A stretch of DNA of 64,000 nt from Candidatus Oxydemutatoraceae bacterium. GTDB lineage: Bacteria; Pseudomonadota; Gammaproteobacteria; Poriferisulfidales; Oxydemutatoraceae. The DNA is taken from positions 1,568,001 through 1,632,000 of the forward strand of contig CBDCOZ010000003.1 in NCBI GenBank assembly GCA_965220085.1, in the 5' to 3' direction. The notes beneath the pieces were generated by a model that made no database searches, was not told where the DNA came from, and saw only the letters and a program-made list of their open reading frames with translations. Below, piece after piece: positions 41,750 to 52,913 of the stretch (position 1 is its first letter; the number at the start of each line of letters is the position of its first letter). The translations under genes were made by a program, and so were the position numbers.

Positions 41750-42880
41750 TCACAGATGCGAAGCGATGAGGTCATTAATCGGACCGAGCTCGGCGGCGAC
41801 CGGCTCGATACCGTCGGCTGTCTGTGAGATTGCGGTATCCGGATCTTTAAGACCGTGCCCGGTCAACGTGCAGACAACAATGCTGCCGGGCGGCAACTCG
41901 CCGCGCCCCGCATCTTCCAGCAGGCCGGCAAGCGATGCGGCCGATGCCGGTTCGCAAAATATGCCTTCGCACTCGGCGAGCATCCGCTGCGCGCTGAGAA
42001 TCTTATCGTCCGAACAAGCCGCAATCTTGCCCTGTGACTCGCGCTGCGCTGCGCGCGCCATCTCCCAACTCTGCGGATTGCCGATGCGGATAGCGGTTGC
42101 GACCGTCTCCGGGCGCGCGACTTTATGGCCGAGCACGATCGGCGCGGCGCCTTCGGCCTGATAACCCATCATCCTCGGCCGCCGGGTCGCGGTGATGCGA
42201 TTGCCGACTTTATACGCGTCGCCAAGCGCGGCACGGGCTTGGTCTATGCAGAAACTGTCCGCGCCGGACGCTTCGGAATAACCCATCCAATAAGCCGATA
42301 TATTGCCGGCATTGCCGACCGGCAAGTAGTGATAATCGGGCGCATCTCCCAAGCGCTCGATAATCTCAAAGGCGGCGGTTTTCTGCCCTTGCAAGCGATA
42401 CGGATTGACCGAATTAACCAGCACGATGTCCGAACCGGCGGAAATTTCTTTCACCAGCTCCATACCCTGATCAAAATTGCCCTCGATGCGGACGACGACA
42501 GCGCCTTCTATCATCGCCTGAGCGAGCTTGCCGAGCGCGATCTTGCCGTCCGGTATCAGCACGAAGGCCTTGATACCCGCTCGGGCGGCATACGCCGCCG
42601 CCGATGCCGATGTGTTGCCGGTAGACGCACAAACAATGGCTTTGTTACCGCGTTCTATCGCATCCGTGACAGCGACTGTCATCCCGCGGTCTTTGAAAGA
42701 ACCGGTCGGATTTAACCCTTCGTATTTGACATATGCCTCAATATCGGCGTCCGCCAAACGCGGCATATTGCGCAACCGAATCAACGGCGTGTTGCCTTCA
42801 AACAAAGATACCGCATGTGCGATATCTCGCACCGGCAAATAGTCGTGGTATGCGGCAATCAGCCCTTGATAACCCATCAC
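41750..42880 (-). CDS. thrC: Threonine synthase
   Basis: KYEGLNPTGSFKDRG, CASTGNTSAS, PVGNAGNI. Confidence 0.96.
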   Translation of the reverse strand: MMGYQGLIAAYHDYLPVRDIAHAVSLFEGNTPLIRLRNMPRLADADIEAYVKYEGLNPTGSFKDRGMTVAVTDAIERGNKAIVCASTGNTSASAAAYAARAGIKAFVLIPDGKIALGKLAQAMIEGAVVVRIEGNFDQGMELVKEISAGSDIVLVNSVNPYRLQGQKTAAFEIIERLGDAPDYHYLPVGNAGNISAYWMGYSEASGADSFCIDQARAALGDAYKVGNRITATRRPRMMGYQAEGAAPIVLGHKVARPETVATAIRIGNPQSWEMARAAQRESQGKIAACSDDKILSAQRMLAECEGIFCEPASAASLAGLLEDAGRGELPPGSIVVCTLTGHGLKDPDTAISQTADGIEPVAAELGPINDLIASHL

Positions 42881-44193
42881 AAGGACTCCAAGTGATAGCG
42901 CGCGACCTTCCCGACTACCGTATCAAATTGTTCTGCCCGCTCGATCGCGGCACAGATGTCCTTGGCCTTTGCCGGGTGAGTGATCAATATCAGCGGTACC
43001 GGCGTCTTGTCGTTTGTCGTTTCCTTCTGCAACACCGCCTCTATGCTAATGTTCAGACCGCCAAAGACTTCGGTAATAGCGGCCAATACGCCGGGGCAGT
43101 CTCGCACTTGCAAACGCAAATAATACGCGCTGCTTACCTCGGCGCTGTCCGACACCGGCACATCGGCCAATGCGCCCGGGCGGAAACCGAGATCGGGCAC
43201 CCGGTTTTGTGCCGGCGCCGACATCTCGCGCACCACATCGATCAAATCGGCGACCACTGCGGAAGCGGTTTCTTTTGAGCCGGCTCCGGCGCCGTAGTAC
43301 AGCGTCGGCCCGACCGCATTAGCGTCAACCAGCACCGCGTTCATCACGCCGCCGACATCCGCTAACAAAGAGCCCAGCGGAATCAAAGTCGGATGGACGC
43401 GCAACTCGATACGGCCGCCGACACGCTTGGCAATGGCGAGGTGTTTGATGCAATAACCGAGCTCCTTGGCATAAGCGACATCTTGTATGTCCGCGCCGGT
43501 CGCGCTTTCCACATATACCGAATCATATTGCAGCGGGATACCGAACGCAATCGAGGCCATGATCGTCAATTTGTGCGCCGCATCGATTCCATCCACATCA
43601 AATGTCGGGTCCGCTTCCGCATAACCGAGTCGTTGCGCTTCGGCCAGCGCCTCGCCGAAACCGCGTCCCTTTTCGCTGACCTCGGTCAGAATAAAATTGG
43701 TCGTGCCATTGACGATGCCGACCACGCGGTCGATGCGGTTGCCCGCCAGACCTTCGCGCAGAACTTTGACAATCGGGATACCGCCTGCGACCGCGCCTTC
43801 GTAAGCGAGCATGACCCGATTTTCTGCGGCGGCGGCAAAGAGCCGATTGCCCGATAGGGCGATCAACGCCTTGTTTGCGGTAACGATGTGTTTGCCGTTT
43901 TGCATCGCCCGCATAATCAGATCCAGCGCCGGCAGATGGCCGCCGATTAACTCAACTACGATATCAATCGACGGGTCGTCGACAACATCCGTCGGATCGG
44001 TCGAAAACCGCGCATCGCCGAGCGCTACGTCCCTGTGCTTGTTCGCATCGCGCGCACAGACATGGGTCACGCGGATGGCGCGCCCGGTGCGGCGCTCTAT
44101 CTCATCGGCATTGTCCGCTAGCACATTGAACACACCGCTGCCGACCGTCCCCAATCCCAGCAGACCAATTGCAACAGATTTATCTTGATTCAT
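42877..44193 (-). CDS. hom: Homoserine dehydrogenase
   Basis: GLGTVGSG, VTANKAL, GIVNGTTNFIL, C-terminal ACT domain. Confidence 0.97.
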   Translation of the reverse strand: MNQDKSVAIGLLGLGTVGSGVFNVLADNADEIERRTGRAIRVTHVCARDANKHRDVALGDARFSTDPTDVVDDPSIDIVVELIGGHLPALDLIMRAMQNGKHIVTANKALIALSGNRLFAAAAENRVMLAYEGAVAGGIPIVKVLREGLAGNRIDRVVGIVNGTTNFILTEVSEKGRGFGEALAEAQRLGYAEADPTFDVDGIDAAHKLTIMASIAFGIPLQYDSVYVESATGADIQDVAYAKELGYCIKHLAIAKRVGGRIELRVHPTLIPLGSLLADVGGVMNAVLVDANAVGPTLYYGAGAGSKETASAVVADLIDVVREMSAPAQNRVPDLGFRPGALADVPVSDSAEVSSAYYLRLQVRDCPGVLAAITEVFGGLNISIEAVLQKETTNDKTPVPLILITHPAKAKDICAAIERAEQFDTVVGKVARYHLESL

Positions 44194-45350
44194 AATATTT
44201 TTTTAATATTGCGCGCCGCCTGACGTATTCTCTGTTCGTTTTCAATCAGGCTGAAACGAACATGCCCGTCGCCATAATCGCCAAAAGCAATCCCCGGCGA
44301 CACCGCCACATTTGCATTCTTTAGCAAATGCTTGGAAAACTCCAACGAACCCGAACGCCGATCCGGCAGCGGCGCCCAGACAAACATTGTCGCGTTCGGC
44401 TTCTCAAAATGCCAACCGATCTTATTGAGATTGTCGCACAAAACATCGCGCCGGCGCATATATAACTTGCGGTTGTTCTCAACACAATCTTGCGGCCCTT
44501 CCAAGGCGGCAATGGCGGCTATCTGTATCGGCGTAAACACGCCATAATCCATATACGACTTCATTCGCGACAATGCAAACACCAAATCGGAATTGCCGCA
44601 CATGAAGCCGACTCGCCAGCCCGGCATATTATATGTCTTGGATAGCGAATAAAACTCCGCCGCCACTTTTCTGGCATCGGGCGCTTCCAAAATAGACGGC
44701 GCGCGGCCGCCGTCAAACACGATTTCCCCGTACGCCAGATCGTTGATGACCCAGATATCGTGCTCCAGAGCCAGCGCGATGACCTGTTCAAAAAATTTGA
44801 GATCAACGCAGACGCCGGTCGGATTATTGGGGAAGTTCAGAATCAACAACTTGGGTTTCGGCCAACTGTCGCGGATAGCCCGCAGCAAGGCTTCAAAAAA
44901 ATCTTCGCCTTGGGTCAAGCGCAAATACCGGATATCGGCGCCGGCGATGACGCACCCGTACGGATGAATCGGATACGCCGGATTCGGCACCAATACCCGA
45001 TCGCCGGGGTTGAGCATAGACAATGCCAGATGCGCCAGTCCCTCTTTTGACCCGATCGTGACAATCGCCTCGCTCTCATAATCCAAAGACACATTGAATT
45101 TGCGCCGGTACCAATCACAGATCGCGGCGCGTAACCGCGGAATACCGCGCGACGTGGAATACCGATGGGTATCCTTGCGCTGAGCGGCCTCGACCAACTT
45201 GCTGATCACATGGCCGGGGGCCGGCTGGTCCGGATTGCCCATGCCAAAATCCACCACATCCCCGCCTCGTTCTCTGGTTTTTTGTTTTAATTCGTTGACG
45301 ATGTTGAACACATAGGGCGGCAAACGTTCAATTCTTTCAAATTCTTTCAT
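44190..45350 (-). CDS. alaC: Class I aminotransferase, AlaC-like
   Basis: RLPPYVFNIV, DFGMGNPD, SKTYNMPGWRVG; upstream of hom-thrC. Confidence 0.85.
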   Translation of the reverse strand: MKEFERIERLPPYVFNIVNELKQKTRERGGDVVDFGMGNPDQPAPGHVISKLVEAAQRKDTHRYSTSRGIPRLRAAICDWYRRKFNVSLDYESEAIVTIGSKEGLAHLALSMLNPGDRVLVPNPAYPIHPYGCVIAGADIRYLRLTQGEDFFEALLRAIRDSWPKPKLLILNFPNNPTGVCVDLKFFEQVIALALEHDIWVINDLAYGEIVFDGGRAPSILEAPDARKVAAEFYSLSKTYNMPGWRVGFMCGNSDLVFALSRMKSYMDYGVFTPIQIAAIAALEGPQDCVENNRKLYMRRRDVLCDNLNKIGWHFEKPNATMFVWAPLPDRRSGSLEFSKHLLKNANVAVSPGIAFGDYGDGHVRFSLIENEQRIRQAARNIKKIL

Positions 45351-45353
45351 TTT

Positions 45354-46037
45354 CTAGTTCCGCGCGGGGAGGTATTTTAACGGATCGAGGCGGCGACCGC
45401 GATGACGGATATCAAAATAAAGTCTCGCTTCGTTTTGCGGCGACAGATAGGCGATCGGCTGCTTGCGTTTCACTTTATCGGATACCGTAACCGTGATTCT
45501 GTTGACAAACCCGTAAGCGCTGAAGAAGTCGCCCGAGTGTCTGACGATGACTAACCCGCCGTAGCGCTTGAGTCCGAAACCGCTGTAAACAACCGTGCCG
45601 TCCTCTGCCGCCAACACCGCTTGATTAGGCCGCCCGTCTATGCCGATACCGCGCAGATGGGCGGCAAAACCGGACAGCTGCGCAAGCGGCCACGACCAGC
45701 GCAACTGTGGTCGCGGCAGCGTATCTCGCTTTGTCGGGCGAGTCGCCGCGACCGTTTTCGCTTGCGGCGCGCGCCGCGCCTGCGGCGGCGGAGTCAAGCG
45801 CAAACTCTGGCCCGGGTAAATCACATACGGCTCCGCAATATCATTCCACTTTGCGATGGCAAGATAATCCAGATTATGTAACCACGCAATGGCATACAGC
45901 GTATCGTTCTTGCGCACGGTATATTCCGTATCCGATAATCGAACCGATTCAAAGTCGCTATCCGCCCAACGCTCAAAACTTACCGAGCAGGCGCTCGCGA
46001 AAACCGCCGATAGCAAGACAATATATGTTCGGCGCAT
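45354..46037 (-). CDS. nlpD: LysM + M23 lipoprotein, NlpD-like
   Basis: Lipobox-like ASAC, LysM YTVRKNDTLYAIAW, degenerate M23 domain; follows surE-pcm-yqaA. Confidence 0.8.
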   Translation of the reverse strand: MRRTYIVLLSAVFASACSVSFERWADSDFESVRLSDTEYTVRKNDTLYAIAWLHNLDYLAIAKWNDIAEPYVIYPGQSLRLTPPPQARRAPQAKTVAATRPTKRDTLPRPQLRWSWPLAQLSGFAAHLRGIGIDGRPNQAVLAAEDGTVVYSGFGLKRYGGLVIVRHSGDFFSAYGFVNRITVTVSDKVKRKQPIAYLSPQNEARLYFDIRHRGRRLDPLKYLPARN

Positions 46038-46040
46038 AAA

Positions 46041-46628
46041 CTACTCCCCGCTAAAAAAAGAAACCGCCAGCGCAAGCGCCAGAATCGCGACAGTCGCCCA
46101 ACCAATTTCATTCGCCCAACGTTTGACATGCGGCAAGGCTTGCGGACCTATCCGGCGCAGCAGCAAAGCGACCAGCATAAACCGCGTGCCGCGTCCGAGC
46201 AACGAAGCGAAGACAAAAACCGACAAGTTTTGTGATAGCGCGCCCGCGCTCAAAGTAAACAGCTTATATGGAATCGGGCTAAACGCCGAAACAAATACGC
46301 TCCATCCGCCCCAGCGCTCAAACCACGCGACCGCCTGTTGATAGTCGGCCCAATGCCCGGTTGCCGCCAACCACGGGCGTATCCAGTCGAAGAGGAAGAA
46401 ACCGGCCAGATAGCCGATGACTCCGCCGCCGACCGAGAACACCGTCGTCCATAACGCAAAACGCAGCGCCCTGTGCGGTTGCACCGCACACATCGGCGCC
46501 AGCATCACATCCGGCGGTATCGGAAAGAAAGTCGATTCGCAGACGCTCAAAGCGTAGAGGTAACGCTCGGCCCGCGGCCCGGCGGAACCGCGTACGGTCA
46601 TATCGTATAGCCCGGCAAAGATGCCCAT
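46041..46628 (-). CDS. YqaA/DedA-family membrane protein
   Basis: ESTFFPIPPDVML, FSPIPYKLFT. Confidence 0.9.
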   Translation of the reverse strand: MGIFAGLYDMTVRGSAGPRAERYLYALSVCESTFFPIPPDVMLAPMCAVQPHRALRFALWTTVFSVGGGVIGYLAGFFLFDWIRPWLAATGHWADYQQAVAWFERWGGWSVFVSAFSPIPYKLFTLSAGALSQNLSVFVFASLLGRGTRFMLVALLLRRIGPQALPHVKRWANEIGWATVAILALALAVSFFSGE

Positions 46629-46631
46629 CGC

Positions 46632-47330
46632 TCAGCCTCCGACCAAAGGAACAAACCGCACCATACCGAGCGACCGCTCGATGTAATCATCCCCGCGGCG
46701 GGTAATCAAGATCAACTTCTGGTCGGCGCCATCGGCTCCGACAGGAATCACCAAGCGACCGCCGTCGGCGAGTTGTCGCAACAATAGCGGCGGCACTTGG
46801 GGCGCGGCAGCGGTCACGATGATGCTGTCATAAGGCGCGAACTGCGGCCACCCTTTGCGGCCATCGGCACAACGAAAATGGATATTGTCGCAAGCCAACT
46901 CCTTCAGTATCCGCTTTGCTTTGCGTTGCAAAGAGGCGATGCGCTCTACCGTGAAGACCCGCGCCACGAGTTGCGACAATATCGCCGCCTGATAACCGGA
47001 ACCGGTGCCGATCTCAAGAACATTATCCAAGGCTTTGTTATGCAACAGCATCTCGGTCATGTACGCAACGACATAGGGCTGCGAGATGGTCTGTTCGCAA
47101 CCGATCGGAAGCGCTTGATCCTTGTAAGCCAGATGGACAAACTCTTCTTCGGTAAAGCGGTCGCGCGGAATTTTCAGCAGCGCATCGAGCACCCGCTGAT
47201 TTTTAATGCCCTTGGCCCTCAGGTTGCGAATCAAGTTTTTCTTGACCGGCAAAAGCGCCTCTCGGCGAGAGCCGCTGTTTGCCTTCGTTGCCGCGCCTTC
47301 AGTCTTCAAAGCAACCGGCGACCTTCGCAA
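46632..47330 (-). CDS. pcm: Protein-L-isoaspartate O-methyltransferase
   Basis: QTISQPYVVA, VLEIGTGSGYQAA, VRFVPL; start uncertain. Confidence 0.95.
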   Translation of the reverse strand: MRRSPVALKTEGAATKANSGSRREALLPVKKNLIRNLRAKGIKNQRVLDALLKIPRDRFTEEEFVHLAYKDQALPIGCEQTISQPYVVAYMTEMLLHNKALDNVLEIGTGSGYQAAILSQLVARVFTVERIASLQRKAKRILKELACDNIHFRCADGRKGWPQFAPYDSIIVTAAAPQVPPLLLRQLADGGRLVIPVGADGADQKLILITRRGDDYIERSLGMVRFVPLVGG

Positions 47331-48048
47331 TGGAATCGTGATGCGTCAAATCCACATGCAAAGGCGTGATGGAAACAACATGATCATTGACCGCGTGGAA
47401 ATCGGTGCCCGGCCCCGCATCCTGCTCGGGCCCGGCCGCGCCGACCCAGTAAATGGGCTTGCCTTGCGGATCCTGATCCTTGATCACCGGTTCGGAACGG
47501 TGGCGGCTGCCCAAGCGCGTGGCTTGCATTCCTCGTATGGCCCGCATCGGCACATCGGGGATATTCACATTGAGGATGATCTCCGAGGACAGCGGCTGTG
47601 TGATGGACTTTTCTATAATGGATTTGGCAATACTGCCGGCGCAATCCCATTCCTTCGCTTCGCCCGCGGTCACCAGAGAAAAAGCAATTGCCGGAAATCC
47701 CAGAAACCGTCCTTCGGTCGCCGCCGCAACGGTGCCGGAATAAATGACATCATCGCCGAGATTCTGGCCGAGATTGATTCCGGAAACCACCATGTCGGGA
47801 GGGTCGGAATCCAGCAAGCCTGTGATTGCAAGGTGCACGCAATCGGTCGGGGTGCCATCGACCGCATAAATATTTTGCGCCATTTTCTGCGCGCGCAAAG
47901 GACGATCAAGCGTGAGCGAATTGCTTGCGGCGGAGCGATTCACCGTCGGCGCGACTACCGTAATTCTGGCAACGGATGCCAGTTGGCCGCACAGCACCGC
48001 GATGCCCGGACTGTCGTAGCCATCGTCATTGCTGATCAAAATATGCAT
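47299..48048 (-). CDS. surE: 5'/3'-nucleotidase SurE
   Basis: ILISNDDG, GTPTDCV, SGINLGQNLGDDVIYSGTV. Confidence 0.97.
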   Translation of the reverse strand: MHILISNDDGYDSPGIAVLCGQLASVARITVVAPTVNRSAASNSLTLDRPLRAQKMAQNIYAVDGTPTDCVHLAITGLLDSDPPDMVVSGINLGQNLGDDVIYSGTVAAATEGRFLGFPAIAFSLVTAGEAKEWDCAGSIAKSIIEKSITQPLSSEIILNVNIPDVPMRAIRGMQATRLGSRHRSEPVIKDQDPQGKPIYWVGAAGPEQDAGPGTDFHAVNDHVVSITPLHVDLTHHDSIAKVAGCFED

Positions 48049-48076
48049 AATATTCGGATACTGTTATTAGGATAGA

Positions 48077-48574
48077 ATGCGTCTGTTGAATAAGTCAAAA
48101 CAAGAAGAAAGCTTCTCTGAGCTATTTGAGCGGCATAAGCCCCCTGCGCCCGCCGTTAAAAAAGCCCGGCCCGTTGCGCCATCGTCAGTAAGAGATTATA
48201 ACGATAAGACGGCAAAATCGCACACCCATTCCGCTCCCCAAGAGACCCGGTTTCGCAGCGGAATACAAAAAAGTATCCGCCTGCGACTCAGAAAGGGCAA
48301 AATAAGATACGAAGATACTCTGGATTTGCATGGCTTCAAACGCGCCGAAGCGCTCATACTGATGGCGAATTTTTTGCAGGCCGCGCATGCCGACGGCAAG
48401 CGTTGCGTGCGAATCATCTTCGGCAGCGGTCGCCGTTCGCCGACCGGAGCGGTGCTGAAACCCGCCGTTCAATCATACCTGTGCGATTGCGAATACATCA
48501 ACGGATATGCGCCGACCACCCTCCGTGACGGAGGCGACGGCGCTGCTTACGTCTTGCTCAAAAGCCCGCGTTAA
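48077..48574 (+). CDS. Smr/MutS2 domain protein
   Basis: LDLHG...IIFGSGRRS...GGDGAAYVLL. Confidence 0.9.
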   Translation: MRLLNKSKQEESFSELFERHKPPAPAVKKARPVAPSSVRDYNDKTAKSHTHSAPQETRFRSGIQKSIRLRLRKGKIRYEDTLDLHGFKRAEALILMANFLQAAHADGKRCVRIIFGSGRRSPTGAVLKPAVQSYLCDCEYINGYAPTTLRDGGDGAAYVLLKSPR

Positions 48575-49848
48575 TGGACAAAGACCCGACACCAAAGCAT
48601 CAACCGAATTGCGCCGACGGTTCGGATATCCTGTCGCTATCGCCGGACCTTGCGCGCGCAAAGATTCTCGATGCGGTAACACCGATCACCGAATCGGCAC
48701 GGCTGGACATACGGCAAGCGCTCGGGAGGACGCTTGCCCATCCGGTGCGCTCGCAGATCAACGTTCCCGCACACCCCAATTCGGCAATGGATGGTTACGC
48801 GGTGCGCTTTGATGATTTGGATAAGCGGGCAACCGTCACCCTCACGCTTGCCGGCCATGCCTTTGCGGGTCGCCCGTTTGCGGGAACGCTGCTGCCGGGA
48901 CAGTGCGCGCGCATAATGACCGGCGGCGTCATGCCAAACGGCAGCGACACCGTTGTCATACAAGAGCAGGTCGAACGCGAAGGCGATGAGGTTCGCATCG
49001 AGGGCGCGCGCCACCGATACGGGCAGAATGTGCGGCAAGCCGGCGAAGACATTGCGGCGGGTACGATTGCGATTGCCGGCGGAACTCGGCTCATGCCCGC
49101 GCACATCGGACTGCTGGCATCGCTTGGCATAGCCCAAGCGGAAGTATTGCGACAGATCAAAGCGTGTATCTTTTCGACCGGAGACGAATTGCGACCGATC
49201 GGCGCGCCGCTTGACACAGGCGAAATTTATGACAGCAACCGCTATACGCTGGTTGCGATGTTACAACGGCTCGGCGCGCAGACAACCGACTTGGGAGTCA
49301 TCAAAGACGATGAGGAATCCCTCGGCGCGGCCTTTGCAAAAGCGTCCGCCGATTACGATGTGGTTATCACATCGGGAGGCATGTCGGTCGGCGAAACCGA
49401 CTTTACCAAAAAAGTCTTTGCCCGCGCCGGCAACATCGACTTTTGGAAACTCGCGCTCAAGCCGGGGCGACCGGTCGCTTTTGGCAAACTGTCAAACGCG
49501 CTCTACTTCGGCTTGCCCGGTAACCCGGTCTCCGTCGTCGTCACGTTCTATGCGCTGGTGCAACCCGCCCTCAATAAAATGCTGGGGCTGTCGGATATCC
49601 GCCCGCTCAAACTGCGCGCGCGTTGCGCTTCGCCGTTACGCAAGCGACGCGGCAGAGTTGAGTTGCAGCGCGGGATACTGGCAGCCGATGCCGGCGGGGA
49701 ACTCCGTGTCACGTCAACCGGCACACAGGGCTCCGGAATACTCAGTTCGGTAACCAGAGCAAACTGCTTCATTGAATTGCCCGCCGAATGCGAAGGGATT
49801 GAAGCCGGCGACGACGTAGCGGTTATTCCGTTTGCGGGGCTGGCATAG
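48574..49848 (+). CDS. moeA: Molybdopterin molybdotransferase
   Basis: SAMDGYAV, STGDEL, TSGGMSVG, GLPGNPVS. Confidence 0.96.
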   Translation: MDKDPTPKHQPNCADGSDILSLSPDLARAKILDAVTPITESARLDIRQALGRTLAHPVRSQINVPAHPNSAMDGYAVRFDDLDKRATVTLTLAGHAFAGRPFAGTLLPGQCARIMTGGVMPNGSDTVVIQEQVEREGDEVRIEGARHRYGQNVRQAGEDIAAGTIAIAGGTRLMPAHIGLLASLGIAQAEVLRQIKACIFSTGDELRPIGAPLDTGEIYDSNRYTLVAMLQRLGAQTTDLGVIKDDEESLGAAFAKASADYDVVITSGGMSVGETDFTKKVFARAGNIDFWKLALKPGRPVAFGKLSNALYFGLPGNPVSVVVTFYALVQPALNKMLGLSDIRPLKLRARCASPLRKRRGRVELQRGILAADAGGELRVTSTGTQGSGILSSVTRANCFIELPAECEGIEAGDDVAVIPFAGLA

Positions 49849-49899
49849 AAACCCCGAGCGGACATCGTTTGTTTCTGCGGTCTGTATTCCGGCATGCGT

Positions 49900-50349
49900 T
49901 CATGCGACCTCGCCCTCGGCCTTGACCCACCGCTTGGAATCCGGCAATGATTCCTTTTTCCAAAATGGCGCCTTTGATTTCAACTCCTCAACCAAAGCGC
50001 GATTGACCGCGTACGCATCGCGACGGTGCGCCGCCCACACCGCGACCATAACGATCGGATCCCCGGGACGCACCCTGCCGATGCGATGTATGACAAGCGT
50101 ACCCTCAAGGTCCCGGCGGTCGGCTGCCGTTGCGACCGCATCGGCGATGTATTTCTCGGTCATGCCTTCATAGTGCTCAATGCGCATAGAAGCGACCGCA
50201 TCGCCCCGATTAAAATCCCGCATCGTACCGACAAACAAGGACAATGCGCCATAGCGACCCTCCTTGAGGTTTTTTTTCTGATACTCTTGCGCCTCGCGCC
50301 AAGGATCAAATTGCTTATCCAAAATTTGTATGCATGTGTTCATAGACAT
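49900..50349 (-). CDS. moaE: Molybdopterin synthase catalytic subunit
   Basis: FVGTMRD, HRIG, AHRRDA, LKSKAPFWKKE. Confidence 0.95.
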   Translation of the reverse strand: MSMNTCIQILDKQFDPWREAQEYQKKNLKEGRYGALSLFVGTMRDFNRGDAVASMRIEHYEGMTEKYIADAVATAADRRDLEGTLVIHRIGRVRPGDPIVMVAVWAAHRRDAYAVNRALVEELKSKAPFWKKESLPDSKRWVKAEGEVA

Positions 50350-50427
50350 GACTTTCTCTCCATCGCAGCCAGTGTATCACACACAGTCATCATGCATCTC
50401 GGCTTGCGAATCGGGAACCCTCCGCTT

Positions 50428-50487
50428 GACTCCGCCCGGCCGACAACGGAAGCGGTTGCAAAGGCCATGTTCCGGCGCTATTTCACA
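50428..50487 (-). repeat. Left copy of an imperfect inverted repeat bounding the 50.4-55.6 kb island
   Basis: Reverse complement TGTGAAATAGCGCCGGAACATGGCCTTTGCAACCGCTTCCGTTGTCGGCCGGGCGGAGTC matches 55517-55577. Confidence 0.75.
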
Positions 50488-50711
50488 CAGGGGCATAGCG
50501 GCGGGCAGATGCCGTTGTCTTTATGCTGCGAAGGAGACATCGCCAATGTCTCGTTCAGCCCGCAAGCGCACCCATAACGCCGACAGCGCCGATCGCCGAA
50601 GCTGTGACAGACCGTCATAGCCGCGCCGACACCGCACAAATTCAATGCGGTGTGCCGTAGCGCTTCCGAATTAGCAATGTGCGCACTCAATTCCGCGCAC
50701 GGGTACTTGCG

Positions 50712-52354
50712 CTACCGCAACGGCCCTTCCAGGAAGACGCGCAACCGCAAGCGCAAGCGCTCCGCCAGATGTATGGTCATCATATGGGTTGCGCTGGATA
50801 AGGCGCCATCGCTCACGGTGAAGGTGAAACTGGCGTAATTGGGCTGTGCGAGCTGGTCCGATGCCGGATAGTAGGTGATGGCGCCGATGTTGTCAGCCAT
50901 CACAATGTGATCCACGGAAGCGGGGGAACCGCCCACTCGCAAAGTGCCGACGGATGGCAGAGTCTTTATGGTGATGGCGGTCAGGCTGTCGCCTTCCTCG
51001 TCCATGTACGGGAAGTCGGAGACCTTGAAAGCGTAGGGCGCGTTTTCGGTTGCCCTGATAGATACCGTCACCGAATCGTCGCTACTGACGGGGGCATCGT
51101 TGATGCTGGATATGCGGGCGGCGTCGGAGCAGAGGGCAGGGGATGCTACGGTGCCGCCTTCGGATGCCGGGGCGGCGTGTTTGTCCATGAAGAATGCGCA
51201 GGCTCTTATGTGCATTCCCCCCTGGGCCTGCAATGGGGTGAAAGTGGCCCCGGTGGCCCCGGCTATGGGACCGTAGTCGGCATCCGCCGGGGCGCCGCTG
51301 GCAGGGGCCGGGGCCTGGTACCATTGCCATTGCAGGGTGTCAGTGTCTATGCCGTTGGGTTCGGTTATGCCTCTGACGCTGGCGGTAAGCATCACATCCT
51401 CGTTGCTAACAGCGCCGATGGGGGTTAATGCGGCGAGGAGCGGAATGGGTCTGTATACCGTGGGTTTGCCGGCGGCGGCCTGCCCCCGGCTGTTTATTAT
51501 GTCTATGGTGAGGGTGGCGGCTTCGGCGGCTTCATCGGCACGGGTGGCGCGACCGCCATTATCCCGCACTCTGTATGTGAATGTGGCATAGCCCGCGCCA
51601 ACGGCGGGGTTGGCATCCGGATAGTATGCCAGATAATCCACTTCGGTGACATCCAGAAAATTGTTGGCACGGATACATCTGGGGTTGGCAGTGCAATGAG
51701 TGCTAAGAGATGAGCCATCCAAAAACGCATCCGCCAGAATACCCCGCGTGGGCACGGACACTATGTAGATGCCATCGAGGGTGTTGCCATCCTCATCGGA
51801 AAAGGGGAAGTCCGCCCGCGCAAAGAGGTACGGGGCGGCGGAACTGGCGTTGTCCGGCACCATTATGGCGCTGTCGCCGCCAACAGGCCGGTCGGCCACA
51901 TTGGCCACTGCGGCGACCGAGGTCCAGCATCGGGTCTCGTTGTTGCCGCCGTCATCGGCAAAGGCGGCGCAGACGCGGATGAACTTGCCGACATGCTCCT
52001 GCAACGGGGTGAATGTGGCGGCGGTCGCCGTGGTGATGTTGGCGTAGGCGCCGCCGCCAGTGTCGGCCACGCTCCATTGCCAAGTCGGCGTGAAGGTGGT
52101 GATGCCATCGGCATCGCCTATCATGCCTTGGACTGCGGTCAGTGCGCTGTCCTCATTGGGCCCCGTCGTGGTCAGGTTGGTGTTGTCCGCCGCCGTCACC
52201 GTCGGGGTACCGGTGGCGTTCTGCGCTTGCGCTTGGGTGCAGACGGCAAACAGAGCCGGCAGAATAAGCGTCCAGAGGCTAAGCCGAGCTAGTGTCGCCC
52301 ACCGATGCGGGGGGGGGGGGGGGGGGTATAGGTATTATTAATTTTTAAGCTCAT
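50712..52354 (-). CDS. Exported Ig/cadherin-like repeat protein with LRLRVFLEGPLR tail, copy 2; out of frame at a C18 tract
   Basis: ATG 52354 MSLKINNTY, C18, then HRWATLARLSLWTLILPALFAVCTQAQAQ|NATG continuing into ORF 50712..52199; total 1643 nt, so 16 or 19 C would restore the frame. Confidence 0.85.
52309..52326 (-). repeat. Homopolymer G18 (C18 on the coding strand)
   Basis: Counted directly; starts 28 nt after the first base of the ATG. Confidence 0.95.
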
Positions 52355-52610
52355 GCTATTTTTTAGGATCATGGTCTTTCTCCTGACAGATGTAGCCGTA
52401 CGGTAGTATGTACACAAACGCTTAATGAGGCACAGTAATAAGAGGCACAAACAACACTCGGTTGTTTGTGTGTGTTTAATCTAATTGTCTGTGGTTTCTT
52501 CAAATTATTTGTATTCCATAAACTGTTTGCGGATTGCTTAATGTCGCACCATACCATAAATTCAGTTATTTACAAGTTCAACTGTTGCTTTCCCCTGATG
52601 GATTCCGTGC

Positions 52611-52638
52611 ACTATACCACAAAGTGAGTCCTTTGCAA
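52611..52638 (-). promoter_or_regulatory. Putative sigma70 promoter of copy 2
   Basis: TTGCAA-N16-TATAGT with TG extension and upstream A tract. Confidence 0.55.
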
Positions 52639-52913
52639 GCGCTTTTTTTTCAAATCGCAATGACTGCCTCTGGCGACCGCTTGCGTCGGCGTTGCCGAGG
52701 CGTTGCTATTGCCTGTCAGCCTTTGCCGAAGCCAGCAATCCGGCATGTTTCAGTCATTTGCAAGCGTATCCGCCCCCTTGTGCGCCCATAATACTCCCCT
52801 TCCCGCCGCTTAAACATGCTTTAAGCAGTGTTCACATATCGCTTGCGCACCCAACACTCCCGCCGGTGCGCCTGCGGGGATGGTGCGATAGCAACGTGTC
52901 GGAGCACTCGCGC

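Larger units (their letters stand above)
52221..52848. repeat. ~630-bp promoter/leader/signal-peptide module, copy A
   Basis: Highly similar to 54759-55417 from CTGCGCTTGCGCTTGGGTGCAG to TTCACATATCGCTTGCGC. Confidence 0.9.
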